Positions 31,079-40,459 are shown, counted from the first letter of the stretch. The stretch is DNA of 64,000 nt from Dehalococcoidia bacterium (GCA_963555985.3 OY820591.1:1024001-1088000), one strand, 5' to 3'. The notes: generated from the sequence alone by a model not told the origin. Made by a program: numbers and translations.

Positions 31079-33139
31079 TTAGCCGCCTACCTCGATCGCA
31101 GAGCTTTGCAACCAACCGGTTGCACCGCTGCGCGCCGAGATATAGCGCGAGGTTGGCAGAATCCGTTCGCCGTCTGTTGGCCTGAAGGCAAACTCCGTTC
31201 TGCCGTCGGGCAGCAGACGCGCCTCGATCCGGCCGATTTCGACTCCCTCGACAACTATGGCGCTGGAAGCGAACCAGAACTGCCTTGACGGAGTGGCGGG
31301 GACGTACCGAACGCGAGGCATGATCCGCTCTCCGCCATTGATCTGAACGGCGAATTCGGTGCGACCGTCTCTCAGCCGACGCGCCACAATCCGCAAACTG
31401 ACCGCGTCGGCTTCCATCGCAGTGATGGTTTGCACAGTGATGGTTTGAGCCAGGCGCAGCCCCGCTGGTGGTTGCGTGGCGTCAGGACCGTTGTATCCCC
31501 AACATTCGACCGTACCAGCGATCGTCACACCGCAGCTATGGGAGTCGCCTGCGCTGACCTGAACGAAGACGCCGCTAGGCGGTGAGGCTTCTCCGTACTG
31601 GTTATCTCCCCAGCACACAATCTGGCCGTTGGTTTTCACGCCACAGTTGTGAGAGACGCCTGCACTGACTTGGACGAAGTCTCCGCTCGGCGGGCTCGCC
31701 CGACCGTAGGAATCTACCCCCCAACACTCGACCTCACCGTTGCTTGTCACACCGCAACCGTGTGTGCCGTCGATAAGCAAAGGACTCCCCGCGGCCCGCT
31801 GAGACCCACCCGCGCTTACTTGAAGGAAGTGCTCTGCCCGACCGGTTGGGAGGCCGTTAAGCAGGCCCCAACAGTGAGCAACGCCTGACCTCGTCACGCC
31901 GCAGCTATGGGCGGGGCCTGCACTAACCTGTGCAAAGCGTTCTGCTGGTGGATTGCTCCAAGACACTCCCCAGCACTGAACTTCGTCTGTGCTCGTAAGC
32001 CCGCAGCTATGGTGCTCGCCTGCACTGACTTGGATGAAGCTTCCACCTGGTGGACTCGCTTGTCCGAACTCGTCCAACCCCCAGCATTCGATTGTGCCTA
32101 CGTCTGTTACGCCACAGGTGTGGTCGCTGCCTGCGCTGACTTGTATGAAACTTCCATTCGGCGGGGTCGCTTGCCCAGAATCGCCGTACCCCCAACAGAG
32201 GACCGCCTCCGCGTCCGTCACTCCGCAACTATGATCCCTGCCTGCGCTGACCTGAGTGAAACGCGCATCTGGAGGACTCGTCCGACCTATTCCGTAATAC
32301 CCCCAGCATTCTACTGCTCCTTGGTTCGTGACGCCGCAACTGTGGCCGGTGCCCGCTGCGATCTGAGTAAAGCGTCCGCGTGGTGCGCTCGTTTGACCGT
32401 ATCGATCCCACCCCCAGCAGACGATCGTGTCGTCGGTCGTGACGCCGCAATTGTGGTAATCGCCCGCGCTGAGTCGGGAGAAGCGCCCTGCTGGCGGAGT
32501 AGCTTGGCCAACTTGATCGCCACCCCAACAGACGGCTGTCCTGTCGGCTGTGAGGCCGCAACTGTGGAGGCCACCTGCGCTGAGCTGAGTGAAGCGTTCT
32601 ACTGGTGGAGTCGCTTGGCCAAACCGATCGTTACCCCAACAGACAGCGGTGCCGTCGGCTTTGAGGCCACATGTGTGGTAACCGCCCGTGCTGACTTGGA
32701 TGAAGCGTTCTGCTGGTGGAGTCGCTTGGCCAAAGTAATCGTCACCCCAACAGACAACGGTGCCGTCTGCTTTGAGGCCGCATGTGTGATAACCGCCCGT
32801 GCTGACTTGGGTGAAGAGTCCTGTTGGCGGAGTCGCTCGGCCATATTGATATTGATCATTGCCCCAACAGGCCACCGCACCGTCGGTCGTGACGCCGCAA
32901 CTGCGATAACGTCCTGCGCTAACTTGGATGAAGATACGGCTCGGCGGACTCGCTTGGCCATACTCGTCATTGCCCCAACAGACGACAGCGTTGTCTTCGC
33001 TAACCGCGCAAGTGTGGTTGTATCCTGTGCTCAGCGTCTGACCGGCGAAGTCGGCGCGGGCGCTGTCGCTAGTCATCGTGAGCGCGAAGACGGTTGCGAT
33101 TGCGGCGAACGCTGCCGCGGCGAGCAAGCGAAGAGACAT
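31079..33139 (-). CDS. Secreted RCC1-like repeat protein (14 repeats) with two C-terminal DGRxEF modules
   Basis: Signal peptide; 14 ~37-aa QVSAG..HSCG...CWG repeats; C-terminal tandem module. Confidence 0.88.
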   Translation of the reverse strand: MSLRLLAAAAFAAIATVFALTMTSDSARADFAGQTLSTGYNHTCAVSEDNAVVCWGNDEYGQASPPSRIFIQVSAGRYRSCGVTTDGAVACWGNDQYQYGRATPPTGLFTQVSTGGYHTCGLKADGTVVCWGDDYFGQATPPAERFIQVSTGGYHTCGLKADGTAVCWGNDRFGQATPPVERFTQLSAGGLHSCGLTADRTAVCWGGDQVGQATPPAGRFSRLSAGDYHNCGVTTDDTIVCWGWDRYGQTSAPRGRFTQIAAGTGHSCGVTNQGAVECWGYYGIGRTSPPDARFTQVSAGRDHSCGVTDAEAVLCWGYGDSGQATPPNGSFIQVSAGSDHTCGVTDVGTIECWGLDEFGQASPPGGSFIQVSAGEHHSCGLTSTDEVQCWGVSWSNPPAERFAQVSAGPAHSCGVTRSGVAHCWGLLNGLPTGRAEHFLQVSAGGSQRAAGSPLLIDGTHGCGVTSNGEVECWGVDSYGRASPPSGDFVQVSAGVSHNCGVKTNGQIVCWGDNQYGEASPPSGVFVQVSAGDSHSCGVTIAGTVECWGYNGPDATQPPAGLRLAQTITVQTITAMEADAVSLRIVARRLRDGRTEFAVQINGGERIMPRVRYVPATPSRQFWFASSAIVVEGVEIGRIEARLLPDGRTEFAFRPTDGERILPTSRYISARSGATGWLQSSAIEVGG

Positions 33140-33188
33140 CGGTTACCTCGTTCCGGTGGTTGGAAAAGGAAATGCCGAGGTACCCGGC

Positions 33189-34240
33189 TCAGTTGCCGAT
33201 CCAGTTGTCATAGAGGTAGTTGACTGGATCGACGGCGTAGGAGTCGGACGCGCCATCGAGGATGTCGCAGGCGGGCGTCCCTGGTCGGGACACCTCAACG
33301 TGGACATGCAACCGGAACGTCACTGCGCCGCCCGCGCCCAGGCCGTCAGTGGTGCCGATTCTCTGGTACTGCTCCACGGAGTCCCCGACGCTGAGATGGC
33401 TGGACCTGACCCCGTGCAGGTAGCGTGTGATGTAGCCGTCGGAGTCCTTGATCGCGATCTGGCCGTAGCTGTCGCGGAGGCAGACGATCGTGCCCTCTGT
33501 CAGCGAATGGAAGCCGTGTTTCCTGGTGCCTTGGCTGTAGCGGTAGGAGTCCCAACCCGAATGCCCGCCTTGGTATCCGGCACGTGCATCGCTCGACTCA
33601 GTGCAGTTCCAACCGTCTGGGCAGTTCCCGTAGTCGTTGTAGGCGTATCGCAACTCTTCGCCGAACTGGTGCAGGGCGACTGCGAGGTCCCAGAGCTTGG
33701 TCGACCTAGCGACTTGGCTGGCGGCGGGGCGGGCGATCTCGATCCACGAACTGACCAGCCACTGGTTGACCGTCGCCCGGCGTGGGAAGTACCTCGCCGG
33801 CGGCAGGATGTCCTGATATCCCTCGACACGGAAGCCGAACTCCACGCGACCGTCGGGTGCACGGCGAGCGATGATTCTGCCCGCGTAGCCGTCGCCGAAG
33901 TCGATTTCAGTGCTCTGTAGCCAGTTGTTGTGATCCGGTCCGACGGCGGGGAAGTACCGCGCAGGCGGTAGGTACTGACGCCCGGCAGCGTCCCGCATCC
34001 CGAATTCGGTTCGCCCGTCGGAATTCCGCCGCGCGATGATGCGGACGGAGATCGTGTCTCCCGACGAGGCCTGCGCCTCCACCCTCGGCGTCAGCGGGCT
34101 GCGGACGCCTTCCGACCCACTCCCAAGCACACTCCATGCGATCGCACCCACCAGGACCATGGCGGAGAGCGCAATCCCTAGAACAAGGAGGCTACCCCCC
34201 CCCCCCCCCCCCCCCCCCCACGAATCTTTGTACTAAACAT
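33189..34240 (-). CDS. Secreted M23 family peptidase with two DGRxEF modules; leader frameshifted at a G25 tract
   Basis: HSGWD, YLH and HVH zinc motifs; annotated ORF is 33189..34160; hydrophobic leader continues in frame up to the poly-G; ATG 34240 would be in frame at G23 or G26. Confidence 0.75.
34195..34219. repeat. Homopolymer C25 (G25 on the coding strand)
   Basis: Direct count. Confidence 0.9.
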
Positions 34241-34426
34241 GTTCGGCTCCTCGTTCATGCCTGCCGCGCGCGGCCTATCCATGCGCGGATCGATCTTCAC
34301 ACGGAGCCCGAAGCCTACGCTATCCGTCAACATAAAGTCCACTGTTTCACTCGCACAGCAAAGCAGCGGGGCGCCCGAGTCCCCCGCGCTACAGTCGCAT
34401 TCACACGCGCGACCATCGAACGCACT

Positions 34427-35983
34427 ATGCCCCCCCAATCTCTCGCCGCCATCCTGACCGGTATCCCTGACGCCGCTGTCGACGGTGATCCGGAGACGCT
34501 TGTCAATGGTGTCGGCCAAGACTCGCGGCGGATTCGGCGCGGCGATCTGTTCGTTGCGGTGCCTGGCTTCTCGGTCGACGGTCACCAGTTCCTCAAAGCG
34601 GCGATCGCCAATGGCGCGAGCGCCCTTGTCGTCCAGGCCAACCGGCGGGAAATCTGGCAGCCGATTGCCGACGCCAATCCCGCGATCGCCGTCGTGAGCG
34701 TCGAAGACACCCGCGCCGCTCTTCCCAAAATCGCCGCCGCCTTCCACGACTACCCCGCCCGCAAGCTCACCGTCATCGGCGTCACTGGCACCGACGGAAA
34801 ATCCACCACCAGCTACCTCACCCACGCCATGCTCAGCGCAGCCGGACACCCCACCGGACTGATCAGCGGCGTCGAATTCCACGTCGGCGGACGCTGGATC
34901 CAAAACGAAACCGGCGAAACCTCACCCGAAGCCGACATCATCCAGTCCCTACTCGCGCAGATGCTCGCCGCAGGCGACACCCACGTGGTGATTGAAGCAA
35001 CCTCCCACGCTCTCGCCCTCCACCGCGTCGACCAATGCAACTTCCACACCGCCGTCTTCACCGGCCTCAGCAGCGACCACCTCGACTTCCACCAAACCCA
35101 AGACGCTTATCTGGACGCGAAGCTCAACCTCTTTCGCTCCCTCGATCAATACCCCCAAAACGATTCCGTCATTCCCGCGAAGGCGGGAATCTCGCCCCCA
35201 CCCACCGCCATCATCCGCGCCGAAGACCCCCACCGCGAAGCCGTCGCCGCCGCCCACAACCAACGCACCATCCTCACAACCGCCGCCAATCAACCCGCCG
35301 ACCTCAGCGTCCAAGCCTTGGCCCAAGACGCCACCGGCGCCGACATCCGCATTGCCACCCCCAGCGGCGCGCTCGCCGCCCGGCTCCCACTCCCGGGCGA
35401 CTTCAACCTCGCCAACGCCGCCCTCGCCGCCGCCGCCGCCTGGACTCATGGCGCACGCCCCGCCGCCCTCCAACACGCCCTCAACACCCTCCGCCCCGTC
35501 CCCGGACGCATGGAACCGATCAACGCCGGACAACCTTTCAGCGTGATCGTCGACGCCGCCGCGACCGGACCCGCCCTCGAACTCGCCCTCAGCGTCATCA
35601 AACCCCACGTCGCCGGCAACCTGATCCTCGTCTTCGGAGTCGCCGGCGAACGCGACCCCGCCCGCCGCACCGGCATGGGACGTGCAGCCGCTATCCACGC
35701 CGACTTCTCCATCATCACCAGCGAAAACCCTCGTTCCGAAGACCCGGCCGCCATCGTCCGAGACATCGCCGACGCCATGCGCGAGCACGGGGCAGTCGAC
35801 CGTCTCCTTGAAGAACCCGATCGTCGCCGCGCCATCCAAATCGCCTTCGAGCGCGCCCGCCCCGGCGATCTCGTGCTGCTCGCCGGCAAGGGAGCCGAAC
35901 CCACCCTCATCTACGCCGACCGCACCGAACCCTGGGACGATCGCCAAGTCGCCCGCGACCTGCTCGCCCACCACTCGCGCTAA
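34427..35983 (+). CDS. murE: UDP-MurNAc-dipeptide:diamino acid ligase
   Basis: DSRRI..GDLFVAV.G...DGH, GVTGTDGKSTT, EATSHAL, DHLDFH, VPGRME, TSENPRSED, AGKG.E. Confidence 0.88.
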   Translation: MPPQSLAAILTGIPDAAVDGDPETLVNGVGQDSRRIRRGDLFVAVPGFSVDGHQFLKAAIANGASALVVQANRREIWQPIADANPAIAVVSVEDTRAALPKIAAAFHDYPARKLTVIGVTGTDGKSTTSYLTHAMLSAAGHPTGLISGVEFHVGGRWIQNETGETSPEADIIQSLLAQMLAAGDTHVVIEATSHALALHRVDQCNFHTAVFTGLSSDHLDFHQTQDAYLDAKLNLFRSLDQYPQNDSVIPAKAGISPPPTAIIRAEDPHREAVAAAHNQRTILTTAANQPADLSVQALAQDATGADIRIATPSGALAARLPLPGDFNLANAALAAAAAWTHGARPAALQHALNTLRPVPGRMEPINAGQPFSVIVDAAATGPALELALSVIKPHVAGNLILVFGVAGERDPARRTGMGRAAAIHADFSIITSENPRSEDPAAIVRDIADAMREHGAVDRLLEEPDRRRAIQIAFERARPGDLVLLAGKGAEPTLIYADRTEPWDDRQVARDLLAHHSR

Positions 35984-36053
35984 CCGCCCGCTATCGCCAC
36001 AGTGGGACAAGCCATACCCTGACCCAACAGCCCCGCCATCACCGGAGACCCCC

Positions 36054-37397
36054 ATGGACGACGCCCAGTACCGAGCACTCGTCGAAGACGACCTCAACCA
36101 TTGGGTCCACCCTCTCTTCCATCCCGACTTCCACCAGGAACCCGTCCTCTTCGAGCGCGGCGAAGGCGTCTACATCTACGGCGCCGACGGCAAGCGCTAC
36201 ATCGACGGCCTCGCCGCGCTCTGGAACGTCGCCGTCGGACACGGACGCGCCGAACTCGGCGAAGCCGCCAAAGCGCAGATGTCCAAGCTCGGCTTCTCCA
36301 ACTCCTACGAGGGCTACACCAACGAACCCGCCATCCGCCTCGCCAAAAAGGTGATCGAACTCGCCTACGACAATATGCAGGCGGTCTACTTCACCAACTC
36401 CGGCTCCGAGTCCAACGAGACCAACGTCAAAGCCGCCCGCTTCTACTGGATTCAGAAGGGCCGCCCCGAAAAGCAGAAGATCATCACCCGCGTCGAGGCC
36501 TACCACGGCAACACCGTCGCCATGACCGCCGCCACCGGCATGCAAATCTTCAAGCCCCAGTTCGGCCGCCCCGTCCCCGACATCATCAACGCCACTACGC
36601 CCGACGCCACGCCCACCGGCGGCGGGCGGATCGACCGCGGCAACCTCATGATCGACAACATCGTCGCCACGATCGAGAAAGAAGGCCCCGACACCGTCGC
36701 CGCCGTGATCGCCGAACCCGTCCAGGGCGCCGGCGGCGTCTACCCGCCGCCCGACGACTACTTCCCCCGCCTCCGCGAAGTCTGCGACCGCTATGAGGTC
36801 CTGCTCGTCGTAGACGAAGTGATCACCGGTTTCGGCCGCACCGGCAAGTGGTTCGCGCTCGAACACTTCGATGTCCAACCCGACATGATGAGCATCGCCA
36901 AAGCCATCACCAGCGGCTACGTCCCCATGGGCGCCGCCGTCTGGTCCAAAGAAGTCCACGAGACCATCACCCACGGCCCCGGCAAGTTCATGCACGCCTA
37001 CACCAACGCCGGCCACCCAACCGCCGCCGCCGTCGGTCTGCGAAACCTCCAAATCTTCGAGGACGAAGACCTCGTAGCAAACGCCGCCGCCAGAGGCGAC
37101 CAACTCCTCAGCGGCCTCCAACGCCTCACCGAACACCCCCACATCGGCAACGTCAGAGGCCTCGGCTTCATGTGCGGCTTCGACATCCTGGAAGATCCGG
37201 AAACGGACACCGCGTTCCCCGCCGATATGGCAATGGGAGCAAAGCTGCTGAAGGCGTGTCAGCGCCGAGGCCTCATCAGTCGAGTCCGCAACGACGGCTA
37301 TCTCCTAGCCCCACCCCTCGTCGCCACAGCGTCCGAGGTAGACGAAATCCTGGAAATCGTGGAGGACGCGGTCCGCGAGGTCACGGCCGGAGTGTAG
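36054..37397 (+). CDS. Class III PLP aminotransferase (omega-transaminase/BioA-like)
   Basis: GLAALWNV.VGHG, SGSE, AYHG, AEPVQGAGG, DEVITGFGRTG, AKAITSGY.P. Confidence 0.93.
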   Translation: MDDAQYRALVEDDLNHWVHPLFHPDFHQEPVLFERGEGVYIYGADGKRYIDGLAALWNVAVGHGRAELGEAAKAQMSKLGFSNSYEGYTNEPAIRLAKKVIELAYDNMQAVYFTNSGSESNETNVKAARFYWIQKGRPEKQKIITRVEAYHGNTVAMTAATGMQIFKPQFGRPVPDIINATTPDATPTGGGRIDRGNLMIDNIVATIEKEGPDTVAAVIAEPVQGAGGVYPPPDDYFPRLREVCDRYEVLLVVDEVITGFGRTGKWFALEHFDVQPDMMSIAKAITSGYVPMGAAVWSKEVHETITHGPGKFMHAYTNAGHPTAAAVGLRNLQIFEDEDLVANAAARGDQLLSGLQRLTEHPHIGNVRGLGFMCGFDILEDPETDTAFPADMAMGAKLLKACQRRGLISRVRNDGYLLAPPLVATASEVDEILEIVEDAVREVTAGV

Positions 37398-37428
37398 GAT
37401 CGGCGCGACTGGACAGGAGCGCCGCACC

Positions 37429-37665
37429 ATGACCACGCAACCCACCGACGACGAACGCAAGTCGAGGTTGCAAGAGCTGTTGCGCAGCGGCGAAACCGAC
37501 CTTGATCTCTACGAAGGTCTGCTGCCGGACAACGCGTTCGGGGACATACTCCGCATCACCCTGACGCATCGACGGGAGGACGACGAACGGCGCGACTACA
37601 TCCTCTCGGTTCTGGAAGAGCACGGGATCCGCCCCGACGAAGTACTTCGCCTGTGCCGGCCCTGA
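37429..37665 (+). CDS. Small hypothetical protein
   Basis: AGGAG upstream; 78 aa charged, helical-looking ORF. Confidence 0.55.
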   Translation: MTTQPTDDERKSRLQELLRSGETDLDLYEGLLPDNAFGDILRITLTHRREDDERRDYILSVLEEHGIRPDEVLRLCRP

Positions 37666-37893
37666 TCCACGCGGACTTCCTGAGCGCCAACGCCGGGTTC
37701 CAGCGCCACGGCCTGCGACCGCTCATGGCCTGATCGGAGATGGCGACGACGGCTAGCTGCCGGCACCGTCGTTGGTGGCGTTGGAGTCCGGGGGTGTGAG
37801 GGTGGAGGCAGAGCGCGCCCTTTGCCCAATCGGATACTCGTGTTAGGCTCCTGTGCGGCCCTTGTTTCGGTTGGAATACGGAGGAGGTTCTCG

Positions 37894-40194
37894 ATGTCGA
37901 AGGTGTGGGCAGGACAGCATCTGGCGGTTGTTGCCCTCGTCGCTTTGGCGTCCATTGTCACCTGGATAGTTTCGGGCGGGAGTGTTTGGGCTGGCGAAGC
38001 ATCGTCCGTTCTCACGCAAGAGAATGTGGCAACCCGCCCTTCGTCAAGTGAAATCTGTCAAACGTTCGACATCGACCTAAACCGCAGCATGACAGGGCGG
38101 TTGCCTCGAGAAAATTGCGAACACCACTACTATCTGACCCTCACGTCGCGGACCGCTGTCACGATTGACCTGGAATCCGACGACTTCAATGCGTTCCTGC
38201 GCTTGGATGACAATTGGGGGAACCCGATCACATACGACGACGACAGCGGGTCTGGTTCGAATGCGCGACTCGAATTGACCTTGGAACCTGCGACATATGA
38301 GGTCATTGTGCTCAGCGTCGCAGACAGTGGTTCCTACGAGCTCACCGTTGTAGGCCAAGCTGACGCTTCACCTCCATCCCCACCTCCGGCCCCGACTCCT
38401 GCTCCGTCTCCCACGACTTGGAGTTTGGTTGCTACGGGTAGTCCGTCTGGCGGTGGTCGCGTCGAGCATGCGTGCAACTTGGCCCATTGCAATGACAGGA
38501 TCTTTGGAACGAGCGACTATTTCGATGGCGGGACGGCAACCTTGACCGCCCAGCCCAATTCCGGATACCTATTCTCCCATTGGACTGGGGCCGCGACCGG
38601 GAGTAAGAATCCGACCACAGTCCATATGGACAGCGACAAATCTGTGACTGCAGTGTTCGTGCGCGACCGGGCTACGAGATACACGCTGACCGCGACCGCT
38701 GATCCGGCAGACGGTGCCGGTGGATATGTCGATATCGTGGGTGGGACAAAGGTGCGTGACGGCGTCAAAAGTTTCGCCGCAGGTGAAACCGCCTCAATCG
38801 TTGCCCGTGCAAATGCCGGTTGGCGTTTCGTACGCTGGTCGGGCGACACGACCGGAACTAGCGAGTCATTGAGCGTTGCGATGGACAGAAACAAAAACGT
38901 GAAGGCGATCTTTGAAGTCAACCCTTCGACTCGCAGCACATGCTACTTGTTTGGAGTAACACTACCTCACCAAATCAGCGGAGTGCTTGAGGCTAGTGAT
39001 TGTCAGGATACGCTCAGGAGAAACGGCTACTATGCTGACATATATTTCTTTACCTTGAACAAAAAGACTGAAGTTGTAATTAATCTTACCTCTAGTGTCT
39101 TCGACACCTTTCTCCAATTGCGACGGGCTGATGGTGACCGCGGTCGAGTCGCATACAATGATGACATCGAACGTGGGAACTTGAACTCGCGGATTGGTAC
39201 TGAGCTGGAGCCAGGGCAGTACCAAATTATTGCAAGTAGCTATAAGTCCGGAGCTTCGGGCAGATACCAATTGCAGATGGACTTCGTAGCAACCGCCTCG
39301 TTGGACGATCCAGCGGTTCGCCGAGTAATCGCCGAGAAATATCGACCGATCTTGTGGTTTCACGAAGATGAGAAATATTTCCCGGTTGCAGTTGAGGCAA
39401 TGACCCACTACTCAGTCCTCCATTGCGAGAGTGATTTTGTAACCGGCCCACCGGTTGATCCTGACTTGCTCGGCAAATTGGCAACTCGAGGTCTCTGCAA
39501 CTCTGAGAATGATTACTTAGACATGGGTGAATGGCAGAGGATTGTTATGAGAAACAATTGGTGGTTTGTGTTGGAATCCGATAATCCTGGCATCGGCGAT
39601 CCGGTTGTTTACTATCGCGTTGCAGAGATCGATGGCTGGGTTACAGTTCAATATTGGTTGTTTTATGTGTATAACGATGCCCCTTTCAGTAATCTAGTGT
39701 ATGATGGCGATCACGAAGGTGATTGGGAAGGCATACAACTTTGGTTTGCGCCATATGTTGACATAAGTGATATTGCTCTAGGGACTGTGGAACCCAGCGA
39801 AGTTGGTTTTGCGGCGCACGAGAGGGGGACCTACCCGAGTTGGCTTGTCAGCTACGTGGACGGTTACCGTCCTGAGGTGTATGTTGCCGAGGGTACTCAT
39901 GCGTCATATCACGCGCCAGGGGAATGGGCGATAAGAGCGAAGAAGGAGGTGTTGGGTAAAGATCTGGACTTAGGCGACGTGTGTACGGTAGACGATGAGG
40001 CGCGCCGAGGAGTAAAGCTTGAACAGTATAGGCTTGAATCGGTCGCGAATGCTTCGTGGCTGAGCTGGGACGGTCGCTGGGGGGCCGACGGTGGCCCGCA
40101 AGGCCCAGCCTCCGAGCCTAAGCCGCATTGGGAGAAACGTCCAACCCAGATTGAAGATTGGGTTCCGTTGATCCGTTCGTGCAGGCCGGACTAG
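37894..40194 (+). CDS. Secreted modular protein: PPC-like, Pro linker, 2 InlB-B-type repeats, PPC-like, Vps62/NPP1-like C-terminus
   Basis: GGAGGAGG before ATG 37894; signal peptide; DDDSG.GSNARL and NDD...LNSRI domains; A.PNSGY.FSHWTG...MDSDKSVTAVF repeats; QYWLFY.YND, HEGDWE, W.GRWG, GP.GP. Confidence 0.8.
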   Translation: MSKVWAGQHLAVVALVALASIVTWIVSGGSVWAGEASSVLTQENVATRPSSSEICQTFDIDLNRSMTGRLPRENCEHHYYLTLTSRTAVTIDLESDDFNAFLRLDDNWGNPITYDDDSGSGSNARLELTLEPATYEVIVLSVADSGSYELTVVGQADASPPSPPPAPTPAPSPTTWSLVATGSPSGGGRVEHACNLAHCNDRIFGTSDYFDGGTATLTAQPNSGYLFSHWTGAATGSKNPTTVHMDSDKSVTAVFVRDRATRYTLTATADPADGAGGYVDIVGGTKVRDGVKSFAAGETASIVARANAGWRFVRWSGDTTGTSESLSVAMDRNKNVKAIFEVNPSTRSTCYLFGVTLPHQISGVLEASDCQDTLRRNGYYADIYFFTLNKKTEVVINLTSSVFDTFLQLRRADGDRGRVAYNDDIERGNLNSRIGTELEPGQYQIIASSYKSGASGRYQLQMDFVATASLDDPAVRRVIAEKYRPILWFHEDEKYFPVAVEAMTHYSVLHCESDFVTGPPVDPDLLGKLATRGLCNSENDYLDMGEWQRIVMRNNWWFVLESDNPGIGDPVVYYRVAEIDGWVTVQYWLFYVYNDAPFSNLVYDGDHEGDWEGIQLWFAPYVDISDIALGTVEPSEVGFAAHERGTYPSWLVSYVDGYRPEVYVAEGTHASYHAPGEWAIRAKKEVLGKDLDLGDVCTVDDEARRGVKLEQYRLESVANASWLSWDGRWGADGGPQGPASEPKPHWEKRPTQIEDWVPLIRSCRPD

Positions 40195-40250
40195 CGGTTC
40201 TTGGAAAGGGCATTTCGGTGGCCCGGTTAGCCGGGCAAGGAACATGGTCC

Positions 40251-40301
40251 TTGACACCTATTGGCTTTGGGCGTTAGACTGGAGGGCAGGAAAGGAGGTG
40301 A
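40251..40301 (+). promoter_or_regulatory. Sigma70-type promoter plus strong RBS
   Basis: TTGACA(40251)-N18-TAGACT(40275), then AAGGAGGTGA (40292-40301). Confidence 0.55.
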
Positions 40302-40307
40302 TGCAAC

Positions 40308-40373
40308 TTGGGACATAGCCAACTCTCGCCCAGGTATCGACGACGCAGCGCAGTGGAGGTGGGCGCCTCCTAA
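40308..40373 (+). CDS. Candidate 21-aa small peptide MGHSQLSPRYRRRSAVEVGAS
   Basis: TTG 6 nt after AAGGAGGTGA; flanked by a promoter and a 12-bp hairpin. Confidence 0.4.
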   Translation: MGHSQLSPRYRRRSAVEVGAS

Positions 40374-40414
40374 CGCGCTCCAACAACCGTCGCCCGATCC
40401 CTGGGCGAACAACG

Positions 40415-40444
40415 ACGACCCCGAGCCGCCCAGCTCGGGGTCGT
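40415..40444. terminator. Perfect 12-bp hairpin, possible terminator
   Basis: ACGACCCCGAGC-cgccca-GCTCGGGGTCGT; no strong U tract. Confidence 0.45.
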
Positions 40445-40459
40445 GCCGCTTAACCCGCC

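Noticed and set aside
30522-31115. Short ORFs on both strands over 30650-31056
   Set aside because: The region is the RNase P RNA gene.
28717-34160. Recombinase plus the genes after rnpB as an active integrative element
   Set aside because: Catalytic residues are missing, rnhA and rnpB intervene, and no att-like direct repeats were found.
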